Positions 1 through 9,591 of a stretch of DNA of 64,000 nucleotides are shown one piece after another. The notes beneath the pieces are model-generated. The model was given only the letters and a program-made list of their open reading frames with translations. It did not search any database and had not been told where the DNA came from. Source of the stretch: a virus; the IMG/VR virus record IMGVR_UViG_3300031963_000105, one strand, 5' to 3'. Position 1 is the first letter of the stretch. Each line of letters opens with the position of its first letter. A program made the position numbers and the translations under genes.

Positions 1-1
1 T

Positions 2-1087
2 GAAATAGAAAAAAATAAACTTTCTATATCTGAAAGTACAGATGAATTAAAACAAAAAATTAAAGATTTAAACGAAAAGAATAAAATTATATCTGACGCG
101 TTTAAAAAGATTCAAATCGAATCAAATCAAATCATTTCAAACAAAGCAGAAATTTCATCTGAAATAAACCAATCAAAAAAGGAAAAACAAAAATTTATAG
201 AAAAAGGTAATTCATGTCCTGTTTGTAATAGAGAATACTGCAAAGATGATATAGACACTATACAGACAAAAATAAACGAGTTAGACGTTTTAATAGAAGA
301 AAAAACAAAACAATTTAATATACTTCTAGATAAGGAAAAACAATTAAAAGAAAAAGCATCTGGAATCGAAACTGGATTAGAAAAAATAAAAAATAAAAAT
401 TTATTATATACAAATCAAATACAAAAAAATATTTTAACCGAACAAAAAATAGAAAACTTAATAGAAAAGAATAAAGAATATAATGATGACGTATTAAAAA
501 TTAAAAATGAAAAATATGATTATGATAAAAACATAGTAGAGTGTAATAAAAAAATTGAAAATCTGAACGAAAAACTTTTAGGAACTAAAAAACATTTACA
601 AGTTCTTGATTCTTGTAAATTTATAGTATCAGAAGATGGAGTAAAAACATTTATTATTAATAAAATACTGAAAATCTTGAATGAAAGATTAAATTTTTAT
701 TTAAAAACTTTTGATGCTCCATGTAAGTGTGAATTCAATGATGTTTTTGAAGAAATAATTTACAACGATCAAGGAAAAGAATGTTCATATTTTAATTTCA
801 GCGGGGGTGAAAGAAAAAGAATAGATGTTGCTATACTATTCACTTTCCAAGATGTTTTAAGATTGCATTCTGGAATATCATATTCTTTGAATATATATGA
901 TGAATTATTCGATTCCGCTTTGGATGACTTGGGAGTTGATAAAATATTGAATATTTTAAAATTAAAAGTGGAAAAGTATCAAGAATCAGTGTATATTATA
1001 TCTCATAAGACTAGTACAAAATCAAATATTGATAATGTTATTCTCTTAGAAAAAGAAAACGGAGAAACTAAACTTGTTAATTCGTAA
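2..1087 (+). CDS. 46: Recombination endonuclease ATPase subunit (T4 gp46/Rad50/SbcC-like), 5'-truncated by the window edge
   Basis: Frame is open from base 2 (EIEKNKLSISE...). Coiled coil with CPVC zinc hook (about 214-225), ABC signature FSGGE, Walker B IYDELFDSALD, H-loop IISH. Confidence 0.92.
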   Translation, partial: EIEKNKLSISESTDELKQKIKDLNEKNKIISDAFKKIQIESNQIISNKAEISSEINQSKKEKQKFIEKGNSCPVCNREYCKDDIDTIQTKINELDVLIEEKTKQFNILLDKEKQLKEKASGIETGLEKIKNKNLLYTNQIQKNILTEQKIENLIEKNKEYNDDVLKIKNEKYDYDKNIVECNKKIENLNEKLLGTKKHLQVLDSCKFIVSEDGVKTFIINKILKILNERLNFYLKTFDAPCKCEFNDVFEEIIYNDQGKECSYFNFSGGERKRIDVAILFTFQDVLRLHSGISYSLNIYDELFDSALDDLGVDKILNILKLKVEKYQESVYIISHKTSTKSNIDNVILLEKENGETKLVNS

Positions 1088-1110
1088 AACTAAACTAAAT
1101 TTTATATATT

Positions 1111-2409
1111 ATGGCTTTAAAAATCAAAGAAGAAAATAAAAGTAAGATTATCTATAAGTATAATCCAATATACATGGGAATCCCAATGCTCCCACAAGGC
1201 GCACCTCTTGGTCTTCCGGTTTATACCTTGGTATCTCTAATACCTATTAGCATACCGGATGCTCCTCCAGTAGAAATGCCGGAATCAAAACTTCCAAGAG
1301 CATTAAATTATTATGCAGATTATGGTGGTTGTGGATTCTGGAGAATGATTTGGCCTGAATATCTTTTGAACAGTTATCAAAAAGCTTGTATATCGGGATT
1401 AACTTGCATGGTATTAGATCCTAGATTTTATCAAGGAATAAAAGCTATAAGACTTCAAAGACAAGCTACACCAGCACAAAAAGATTTTGTTTTACAACTT
1501 AAACAGCTAGGAAAAGAATTAGGATTTAGACTTATATATGAAGTTGATGATATCGTATTTAAAGATGATATTCCAGACTATAATAGATGCAAAGATCCGT
1601 TCTGCGACAAAGCTATTACCGAAAGTATAGTAGAAATAATGCAATCTGTAGATGAAATTACAGTAACATGTAATTACATGAAAGAATATTATAAACAAAA
1701 AATTGGAACTGATAGAGTAACAGTTATTCCAAACTATGCTCCTAAGTTCTGGTTAGACAGATTTTATGATCCAGACCGGATTGAGAAACTGTATCAAAAA
1801 CACAAAAAGCGTCCTAGAATTTTATATTCTGGATCTGGAACTCATATTGACGTTTTAAATAAAACAGGTCTAAATGATGACTTTAAACATGTTACAGATT
1901 GGATAATTAAAGCCCGTAAAAAGTTCCACTTTGTATGGAAGGGATGCTATCCATTAGTTCTCAAACCATATATTGATAACGGAGACATGGAATATGTAGA
2001 ATGGTCATCTCTTATAGATTATCCACAAGGATTAGTAGATACTAATTGCAATGCTGTTTTTGCTTCGCTGCAAGACAATGTATTTAATAGATCCAAGAGT
2101 AATATTAAAATGGTTGAATCAGGTGCGTTAGGTATGCCCGGAGCATTCCAAGATATGTGTACTTACGAGGACGCAGATGTTAAATTCACGTCTGGAGACG
2201 ATTTAATTCAAAAGTTGGAATACATAACTTCAGATTTTGATCGTTACATGAAACTATCCAAAAAATCTAGAACCTTTGTAGAAGGTCTTTGGTTAGAGGA
2301 TCATATTAATGAATATGAAGCTGTATACTTTACAGAATGGGGTTCCAAAGAAAGAAAAGAAAAAGCACCAAATCTAGTAAAGAACAATCCAGAACAAGAT
2401 ATTTCTTGA
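1111..2409 (+). CDS. GT-B fold glycosyltransferase (phage GT4-like)
   Basis: GGCGFWRMIWP, YEVDD, VTVIPN, and C-terminal FNRSKSNIKMVESGALGMP motifs typical of phage GT-B enzymes; Pro-rich N-terminal extension. Confidence 0.75.
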   Translation: MALKIKEENKSKIIYKYNPIYMGIPMLPQGAPLGLPVYTLVSLIPISIPDAPPVEMPESKLPRALNYYADYGGCGFWRMIWPEYLLNSYQKACISGLTCMVLDPRFYQGIKAIRLQRQATPAQKDFVLQLKQLGKELGFRLIYEVDDIVFKDDIPDYNRCKDPFCDKAITESIVEIMQSVDEITVTCNYMKEYYKQKIGTDRVTVIPNYAPKFWLDRFYDPDRIEKLYQKHKKRPRILYSGSGTHIDVLNKTGLNDDFKHVTDWIIKARKKFHFVWKGCYPLVLKPYIDNGDMEYVEWSSLIDYPQGLVDTNCNAVFASLQDNVFNRSKSNIKMVESGALGMPGAFQDMCTYEDADVKFTSGDDLIQKLEYITSDFDRYMKLSKKSRTFVEGLWLEDHINEYEAVYFTEWGSKERKEKAPNLVKNNPEQDIS

Positions 2410-2434
2410 TTTTAAAATTAAAAAAGATTAATGT
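2406..2434 (+). promoter_or_regulatory. sigma70-like promoter for DNA polymerase
   Basis: TTGATT-17 nt-TAATGT, 8 nt before the gp43 ATG. Confidence 0.55.
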
Positions 2435-2442
2435 AATGGTTA

Positions 2443-5037
2443 ATGTATAGGAATATCTATTACGATTACAAGAAGAGTATAATTCATCTTTGGACTTGGA
2501 GTGAGGACGGCGAAAGAGTAAAAATCGAAGTCGATTTCGAACCGTTCCTATATGTAGAAGATAAGAATATACAAGATGCTACTTCTATTTTTGGTACAAA
2601 TCTTAAGAAGATGTCTTTTATTAATAATTTTAGAAGACGAGATTTTGTTAAAAATACTCAAAACAAAAGAATATTTTTTAATCTAAATCCAGATCAACAA
2701 TTTTTATTAACTACTTTCAAAGATGCTTCATTATTAGAAAATTTTTCTAAAAATCCATTAAGAATTTACTTTCTGGATATAGAAACTTATAAACAAAATG
2801 AATTAGATGCTTTTAGTACGGCAGAAGAAGCAAAAGACATGATAAACGTAATAACCGTTTATGATTCTTTATTTAAAAAATATTATGTATGGGGTCTTAA
2901 ACCATACTCAACACTTCAAGAAGATGTTACTTATGTAAAGTGCGCTTCTGAAAAAGAATTATTATCTTTATTCTTAAAATTTTGGAAAAAGAATACACCT
3001 GATATCGTATCGGGGTGGAACTTTCATGGTTACGATTTACCATATATCATGAATCGTCTTACTATTTTATTTGATGAAGATAAAAACAAAAAAATGTCTC
3101 CAATCGAAAGAGTGGAATATAGAGAAGGGGTATCCGTAAATAAATTAGGTCAAAAGAAAAACCAATGGTTTTTACATGGTGTTAGCTGTTTAGATTATAT
3201 GGATATATACAAGACTTTTTCTATGGGAGAAAGAGAATCTTATAGTTTAGGGTATATCGGCGAATATGAACTTGAAGAATCCAAATTAAATTATAATGCA
3301 TCATCACTAACAAAATTAGCTGATACAGATTGGACTACGTTTGTTGATTATAACATTCAAGACGTTAGACTTTTAGTTAAATTAGATGATAAATTAAAAT
3401 ACATGGATTTAATAAGAAACTTGTCTTATAAAGGATTTATTCCGTTTGAAAAATCTTTAGGTAAAGTTTCTATGATTACTGGCGCAGTAGCTCACCAAGC
3501 ATTACTGCAAAATTTAATAATTCCGACATTTACATACGAGAATATAAAACAAAAATTTGAGGGTGGATATGTTTTACAACCAAAACCTAACCTATATGAA
3601 GATGTTGTTACGTATGACGCTAATAGTCTTTATCCAAATACTATCATAACATTAAACATTTCTCCGGAAACAAAAGTTGGAAAGTTATTGGATGTAAAAG
3701 ACGGTAAGTTCATCATAAAAACTATCCAAAACAAAGAAATTTCTTTAACTAAAGAACAGTTTTTAAATCTTATAAGAGAAGAAAAATTATCAATAACAAA
3801 AGCTAATGTTTTATATACTCAAAAATTTAAAGGCGTCGTTCCAAATTTAATTGATAAAATTTATACGCAAAGAGTAGAAGCTAAAAATAAAATGCTTGAT
3901 GCTAAGAAAAAAGCGGCAAAGTGTAAAAACGAAGACGAAAAAAGGAGATTACTTACTATTGCAAATGATAATGACTCATTATCTAATGTATATAAAACTT
4001 TGATTAATTCTATCTATGGAGTTTTTTCACAACAATATTCTCCGTTTTTTGATATCGACCATGCTAAAAGCGTAACACTAACTGGACAATCTGTAGTTAA
4101 AAAGGGATCGCAATTATTTCATCAATATCTAGTTAATAAATGTGATTATAAAGGATCTTATGAAGATGTAGTTAAATACATTGATACGGACAGTGCGTTT
4201 CTTTCGTTTAAAGATTTTTTTAATTTCAAAGGCATTAAACTAAAAGATGAAAACGGATTAACAGAAGATGCTAATACGTTTATTTCAGATCTTGGAAAAT
4301 ATGTAAATGAAGAAATAAACGAGTGGGCTAAAAAAGATTTAAATTCTTTAGATCCTAGATATCATTTCAAGAGAGAAAAGATATGCGATGTTGCATTACT
4401 ACAAGCCAAAAAGTTTTACATATTACACGTTTTAGATAACGAAGGAGTTAAAACTGATAAATTCTTATATAAAGGAATAGAAATAGTTAAAGCCGCGTTA
4501 TCTAAAGAAGTTAAAGAATTAACTAAAAACGTTATAGAATCGGCTATACTTGCTAAAGATAGAAAAAAAGCATCTGATCTTTTCCATAAAGGATATGAAA
4601 ATTTTTGTAAACTTCCTATAGAAGCAATATCAGTTAGAAAAAATGCTAAAAGTTACTCTAAATGGTATGATTTATTTAATGATAATAAATTTGGTAAAGG
4701 AACACCAAACCATTATCAAGGAGCTTTATTCTATAATAAATTACTTGAAGACTATCAACTAAAACATCTATATCCAGAGATAGGAAATGGAACAAAGATA
4801 AAATATTTTTACGCTCAAAAAAATAAATTCAATATTAAAACTATGGCGTTTATAGATGAATATCCAAAAGAATTTGAAAATTCTCTGAAAATAGATTATA
4901 AGTTAATGTTTGAGAAAAACGTATTACCAGTAATAAGCAGAATTTTTTATATTATCGGATGGCCATTACCAGCAATTGGTTGTGAACAAGTAACAGATAT
5001 AATTAGTTTGTTTTCTGGCGACAAAAATAATCTTTAA
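2443..5037 (+). CDS. 43: Family B DNA polymerase (T4 gp43-like)
   Basis: Exo motifs FLDIET, SGWNFHGYDLPY, YNIQDV; polymerase motifs YDANSLYP, KTLINSIYG, YIDTDS, KKFY. Confidence 0.97.
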   Translation: MYRNIYYDYKKSIIHLWTWSEDGERVKIEVDFEPFLYVEDKNIQDATSIFGTNLKKMSFINNFRRRDFVKNTQNKRIFFNLNPDQQFLLTTFKDASLLENFSKNPLRIYFLDIETYKQNELDAFSTAEEAKDMINVITVYDSLFKKYYVWGLKPYSTLQEDVTYVKCASEKELLSLFLKFWKKNTPDIVSGWNFHGYDLPYIMNRLTILFDEDKNKKMSPIERVEYREGVSVNKLGQKKNQWFLHGVSCLDYMDIYKTFSMGERESYSLGYIGEYELEESKLNYNASSLTKLADTDWTTFVDYNIQDVRLLVKLDDKLKYMDLIRNLSYKGFIPFEKSLGKVSMITGAVAHQALLQNLIIPTFTYENIKQKFEGGYVLQPKPNLYEDVVTYDANSLYPNTIITLNISPETKVGKLLDVKDGKFIIKTIQNKEISLTKEQFLNLIREEKLSITKANVLYTQKFKGVVPNLIDKIYTQRVEAKNKMLDAKKKAAKCKNEDEKRRLLTIANDNDSLSNVYKTLINSIYGVFSQQYSPFFDIDHAKSVTLTGQSVVKKGSQLFHQYLVNKCDYKGSYEDVVKYIDTDSAFLSFKDFFNFKGIKLKDENGLTEDANTFISDLGKYVNEEINEWAKKDLNSLDPRYHFKREKICDVALLQAKKFYILHVLDNEGVKTDKFLYKGIEIVKAALSKEVKELTKNVIESAILAKDRKKASDLFHKGYENFCKLPIEAISVRKNAKSYSKWYDLFNDNKFGKGTPNHYQGALFYNKLLEDYQLKHLYPEIGNGTKIKYFYAQKNKFNIKTMAFIDEYPKEFENSLKIDYKLMFEKNVLPVISRIFYIIGWPLPAIGCEQVTDIISLFSGDKNNL

Positions 5038-5296
5038 AACTTTCTTGCATTGCTAATTGTTTTCTTAAATTAGAAAACATAGTTTTAATATCTTCATCTG
5101 AAGCTGGAATTTCTTTTCGTTCTGGTTTTTTAATAGAAGAAATTTCTTTATTAATATCGTTTATTTTTGAATTAAAAAAGTTTTCCAATTCTTCTTCTGA
5201 CATATCTTTAAATAATTCAGAATCAATAGATATTGGAAATGTTTTATGTCTATATTCGTTTGTATACGGATGATATATAAATTCTTTTTTACTCAT
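5003..5296 (-). CDS. Hypothetical late protein, convergent with and overlapping the 3' end of gene 43
   Basis: 97-aa ORF preceded by a late-type TAAATA box (GGATAAATATAAAAATG on the - strand). Confidence 0.6.
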   Translation of the reverse strand: MSKKEFIYHPYTNEYRHKTFPISIDSELFKDMSEEELENFFNSKINDINKEISSIKKPERKEIPASDEDIKTMFSNLRKQLAMQESFKDYFCRQKTN

Positions 5297-5312
5297 TTTT
5301 ATATTTATCCTA

Positions 5313-5341
5313 TTGATTTTTTATTCAAACAATATTAATAT
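5313..5341 (+). promoter_or_regulatory. sigma70-like promoter
   Basis: TTGATT-17 nt-TAATAT; supports the ATG at 5349 rather than the track start at 5313. Confidence 0.6.
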
Positions 5342-5348
5342 ATTAACG

Positions 5349-5738
5349 ATGAATACATCAAACACAAAACTAACGGTCTTCCTTGATTATTTAGGAAGAA
5401 GCATTATCGGTGAACTAACAGAATCCACAGATTCCGCTCTTAAAGTAAAGAATCCAGTAATTCTTCACGTACCTCCAGCACCAGACAATTCTGGTAGAAT
5501 GTCTGTTCAGCTTTATCCTCTATTTTTTAGAGAATTTTTAGCTGATAAAACTGAAGATGTAGTTTTTACTTTTCTAAAAGATAAAGTCGTCGAAACCTCA
5601 ATCGAAGCTATCGACTATAGACTTCAAGCACAGTACGCTCAAATGTTCAACAAGAACAATGAATTTGTCGCTGGAGGACAACCCCAACAAGCGCCACAAC
5701 AATCATCCAATGACGTGATTAAGTTGTTTGATGAGTAA
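5349..5738 (+). CDS. Hypothetical protein, possibly Sm/Hfq-like beta fold, with Q-rich acidic tail
   Basis: GRSIIGEL...LKVKNPVILHV pattern resembles Sm-like strands; lies between gene 43 and uvsX. Confidence 0.55.
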   Translation: MNTSNTKLTVFLDYLGRSIIGELTESTDSALKVKNPVILHVPPAPDNSGRMSVQLYPLFFREFLADKTEDVVFTFLKDKVVETSIEAIDYRLQAQYAQMFNKNNEFVAGGQPQQAPQQSSNDVIKLFDE

Positions 5739-5761
5739 GAGTTGAAACATAGGAAAAAAAG

Positions 5762-5797
5762 AAACCCCGAAAAGCTTTTGACTTTTCGGGGTTTTTT
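5762..5797 (+). terminator. Intrinsic terminator (possibly bidirectional)
   Basis: 13-bp stem AAACCCCGAAAAG / CTTTTCGGGGTTT, 7-nt loop, T-tract after and A-tract before. Confidence 0.85.
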
Positions 5798-5805
5798 ATT
5801 ATACT
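5778..5805 (+). promoter_or_regulatory. sigma70-like promoter for uvsX, overlapping the terminator
   Basis: TTGACT-16 nt-TATACT, 9 nt before the ATG. Confidence 0.5.
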
Positions 5806-5814
5806 AATAAGAGT

Positions 5815-6921
5815 ATGGCTAAAACAAAAAAAGAAACAGATAACAACCAAGTTGATATTGGACAAATTGATGATGCATTCAAAGTATTAGATGATCTAAA
5901 TCCAGATGCTGCGTTCTTGGATGAAAATACTCTATCTACAGTTAACGAATGGATCGATACAGGTTGCATGGCATTGAATGCTATTATTTCTGGATCACTA
6001 TATGGTGGTGTACCGATGGGTAGAATAACAGGGTTTGCTGGCCCTCAAGCTTGCGGAAAAACTTTAATGGTTAATAAGATTATGGCTAACGCGCAAAGGA
6101 AAGGTATGCACGTAGTTTACTTTGATACTGAAAACGCTCTAGACCGTGATACAGCAAAAAACTTAGGATGTGATCCATCAAAGATTAAACATTGCCCAAC
6201 TGAAATTATAGAAGATTGCAGAAATCAAATTGTAAAATTTTTAAAAACAGTAATTGAAAAGGGCTTGCAAGGAAAAGTTATGCTTGCGATTGATTCTCTT
6301 GGTAATTTAATCTCAGCTAGAGAAGCTAAAATTATTGAAGATGGAAAAGATTCAGCTGATATGGGTGCTAGAGCAGTATCACTTAAAAGTATGTTAAGAG
6401 CTATCACTCACGTATCGGCAAAAGCAAATTGTCCTATTATCTTTACAAATCACATTTATGATAATCCGGGGGCGATGTATCCAACATTAGTTAAAAACCA
6501 ATCTGGAGGTTCTGGTCCTCTTTATATGTCATCTGTATTAGTTCAGATGTCAACTAAACAAGAGAGAGTTGGAAAGTCGGATAACAAAAACGCATCAGAC
6601 GAATCAACTCCGATTTCAAAAGATGTAAACGGATTAACAATGAGAGCATTGACCACAAAGAATAGATTCGTTCCTCCGTTCTTGGAATGTGAAATGTATT
6701 TAAATTTTAAAAATGGTCTTTCAAAATATTCTGGTCTTTTGGAAATGGCAGAAGGATATGGTATTATCGAAAAGCAAGGGCATCGATATGCTATTGAAGG
6801 AGAAGTACTTGGTTTTTATAAAGAGTGGAGAGACGATGATGCGGCGTGGAGTAAAATATTACCTAAATTAGAAATTAAATTAAAAGAAAAACTTACATTT
6901 AAAAGTGAAGCATCGGAATAA
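5815..6921 (+). CDS. uvsX: RecA-like recombinase UvsX
   Basis: IDTGCMALNAIISG, Walker A GPQACGKT, YFDTENA, Walker B LAIDSLG, KNRFVPPF. Confidence 0.95.
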   Translation: MAKTKKETDNNQVDIGQIDDAFKVLDDLNPDAAFLDENTLSTVNEWIDTGCMALNAIISGSLYGGVPMGRITGFAGPQACGKTLMVNKIMANAQRKGMHVVYFDTENALDRDTAKNLGCDPSKIKHCPTEIIEDCRNQIVKFLKTVIEKGLQGKVMLAIDSLGNLISAREAKIIEDGKDSADMGARAVSLKSMLRAITHVSAKANCPIIFTNHIYDNPGAMYPTLVKNQSGGSGPLYMSSVLVQMSTKQERVGKSDNKNASDESTPISKDVNGLTMRALTTKNRFVPPFLECEMYLNFKNGLSKYSGLLEMAEGYGIIEKQGHRYAIEGEVLGFYKEWRDDDAAWSKILPKLEIKLKEKLTFKSEASE

Positions 6922-6923
6922 TA

Positions 6924-8348
6924 ATGAGTGAACAATTACCATTAGATTTCGAGGTTTTCGAAAAAATCATGATCTATAATGCTCTTATGGATCATGATTA
7001 TTTGGAAACTATTTTGGAACATACAAAGTCTTCTTTTTTTAAAGATCAAAACATTAAAAAAATTTTTGATGTATTAAAAAAGTATTACTTAGAACATAAT
7101 ACTGCTCCTAACATAACAGAACTAAAAGCACACTTAATAACTTCAGAGGATAAACAATCCCTTAAAGAATTGGTGTTGTCTTTTTCTAATCTAGATAAAA
7201 ATTATAACAAAGATATTTTGTTGAAAAATTCTGAAAGGTTCTTAAAAGAAAAATCAGTTTTAGATGTTTTTAATAAAACTTCACTAGATGTTCAAACTGG
7301 AAAAATAGATACATCAAAGATTTTAAATAAATTTGAAAACGCTTGTAGTATTTCTCTAATAGAAAACATTGGATTCGATTATTTAGAATCAGTAGATCAG
7401 CATTGCGAAGATCTTAAAAAAGTATTTAAAACAATCTCTACTGGTTGGAAATGGTTAGATAATAGAATTGGTGGAGGATTCATGCAAGAAGGAAAAGCAT
7501 TGTATGTTTTCTTTGGTGTTACTAACGTAGGAAAATCCATATTCTTAGGTAATATGGCGACAAACATATTAAATCAAGGGAAAACAGTAGTTCTAATTTC
7601 TCTTGAAATGTCTGAACAAGTATACGCTAAAAGAATTTCTTCTCAATTAACTCAAATACCATTTGATGGGTTAACAAATAATTTAGTTAAATTAAAAGAT
7701 TCTTTGAACGAATATAAAACTAAACAAAAAGATGCTAAATTAATAATTAAAGAGTTTCCGCCAAAGGGAGTAACGGTATTAAACATTAAGACATATATTA
7801 ATAAATTAGTAAAAAAAGGAATAAAACCAGATGCTATTATTTTAGATTATATAAATCTTTTAGCTCCTACGGAAAGCGGATCAAATTCATATGAATCTAT
7901 AAAACAAATAACAGAAAATTTGAGAGCGTTGTCATATACATTTGAATGTCCAGTGATTTCAGCTACTCAGGCTACAAGAAGTGCTGTTAACTCCGGAGAA
8001 TTAGATTTAGATAAGACTAGTGAATCCATGGGGCTTTCTCACACCGTAGATGCTCAATTTTCAATATGGACAGAAGAAGGAGATGCGGACTTAGGTATTA
8101 TACATATGGGTATTGTTAAAAACAGATTTGGTCCTAGAAAACATACAACCATATTGAATATTGATTACCCAACATTAACTCTATCAGAAAGCGAAGAAGT
8201 GGATTTGGAAAATCCAAGACCAAAAGCTAAAAATCCTAATAACATAGCTGATAAACTAGAATCTGATTTTGATGACGATCATTCAACATCCAGTTTAGAT
8301 GTTTTGAATACTCTAGAAAAATTAGATTTATTGAATGAATCCCAATGA
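6924..8348 (+). CDS. 41: Replicative DnaB-like helicase (gp41)
   Basis: Walker A GVTNVGKS, ISLEMSE, ILDYINL, SATQATR, SESMGL, KNRFG. Confidence 0.93.
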   Translation: MSEQLPLDFEVFEKIMIYNALMDHDYLETILEHTKSSFFKDQNIKKIFDVLKKYYLEHNTAPNITELKAHLITSEDKQSLKELVLSFSNLDKNYNKDILLKNSERFLKEKSVLDVFNKTSLDVQTGKIDTSKILNKFENACSISLIENIGFDYLESVDQHCEDLKKVFKTISTGWKWLDNRIGGGFMQEGKALYVFFGVTNVGKSIFLGNMATNILNQGKTVVLISLEMSEQVYAKRISSQLTQIPFDGLTNNLVKLKDSLNEYKTKQKDAKLIIKEFPPKGVTVLNIKTYINKLVKKGIKPDAIILDYINLLAPTESGSNSYESIKQITENLRALSYTFECPVISATQATRSAVNSGELDLDKTSESMGLSHTVDAQFSIWTEEGDADLGIIHMGIVKNRFGPRKHTTILNIDYPTLTLSESEEVDLENPRPKAKNPNNIADKLESDFDDDHSTSSLDVLNTLEKLDLLNESQ

Positions 8349-9268
8349 CTTTTGATAATATAGATGTAAATAATTTGATGCATGACAAAGCGTATCATAT
8401 TTTTACACACAAAGATTTAGATGGAGCAATAAGCCTACTAACTTTTTTATGGTCTAGACCAGATGCTGTTATTTCATATGAAGAAATAACAAATTTGGAA
8501 ATAGATAAAATTAAAAATTATGTTAATAGAACTATCAATCCACCAAACGTTGTATTATTGGATTTGCCATTAAGAGAAGAGTTTTTACCCGATTTAGATC
8601 AATCGTTTATAACGATAATAGATCACCACGAAAGATCAACTTCTTTAGTTGATAAATTTAAAAACTCAAAAATCTTACATAAAGAATTCACTTCTAATTG
8701 TTTGTTACTTAGGAAATTATTTCAAGAAAAATTTCCAAATTTAACTGATGCTCAAAAAAAATTAATATTATACGGTGACGATTATGATTGTTTTAAATTA
8801 GAATTTAAAGAGTCATATGACTTAAATATATTATTTTGGAATTTATATAGAAATAATTTTCAAGGTTTTATAAAAAAATATAAAAATGGATTTGTACCAT
8901 TTTCAGATAAAGAAAAAAAAGAAATAAATGAAGTTAAGATAAAAGCAAAAAACTATGGAGAATCTTTAAAAAAATTTAAATCTAAAATTAAAATAAATTT
9001 GGAATCAAGAGAAATAGTAGCGGTAATGTCTGATAAAACAGACATCCTTGCAATGGACTATTTAATAGATAAATACAAACCAGATTTATTTATGTACATA
9101 AATACAAAAACAGAAAAAATAACATTTAGACAAAAAAAGTCAGACTCACCTTTTGACTTAAAAGAATTTGTCGAAAAATATTGCGAAGGGTCTGGAAATA
9201 AATTTTCCGCAGTTGGAAAAATAACTCCACTCTTTTTGGAATTGACTAAAAATTTTGAGGAGCTATGA
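8345..9268 (+). CDS. DHH-family phosphoesterase/exonuclease (RecJ/NrnA-like)
   Basis: THKDLDG, LLDL, IIDHH, DDYD motifs; degenerate DHHA1 motif GSGNKFSAVG. Confidence 0.8.
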   Translation: MTFDNIDVNNLMHDKAYHIFTHKDLDGAISLLTFLWSRPDAVISYEEITNLEIDKIKNYVNRTINPPNVVLLDLPLREEFLPDLDQSFITIIDHHERSTSLVDKFKNSKILHKEFTSNCLLLRKLFQEKFPNLTDAQKKLILYGDDYDCFKLEFKESYDLNILFWNLYRNNFQGFIKKYKNGFVPFSDKEKKEINEVKIKAKNYGESLKKFKSKIKINLESREIVAVMSDKTDILAMDYLIDKYKPDLFMYINTKTEKITFRQKKSDSPFDLKEFVEKYCEGSGNKFSAVGKITPLFLELTKNFEEL

Positions 9269-9591
9269 TTATCACATCAACACAACAATTGGAGGAATTA
9301 TATAATCCATCCGAAGCATTAAATATAGAAGAATTTGAAAGTTTGACTTTAAAAATAGGATCATTTATTTGTATCTCTAAAAGAAAAAAATTAAACTTTT
9401 TAAACTTATTAAAACTAATAATAGACGATAAAAAAACACAAAAAATTTATTGTTCTATATTAGGAGAAGAAAATCTTCATGTTATAATAAGAGCTTACTT
9501 GGGTTCTACTCCAAATGTTTATAAAAAAATATTCAGATCTAAATTAAACAAAAATGGAAGAAATAACCGAGTCGAGCAAAAGGATATATAA
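9265..9591 (+). CDS. Hypothetical protein (positionally gp33-like)
   Basis: 108-aa ORF overlapping both neighbours; T4 order is 33-59-32, but I see no convincing sequence motif. Confidence 0.45.
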   Translation: MIITSTQQLEELYNPSEALNIEEFESLTLKIGSFICISKRKKLNFLNLLKLIIDDKKTQKIYCSILGEENLHVIIRAYLGSTPNVYKKIFRSKLNKNGRNNRVEQKDI

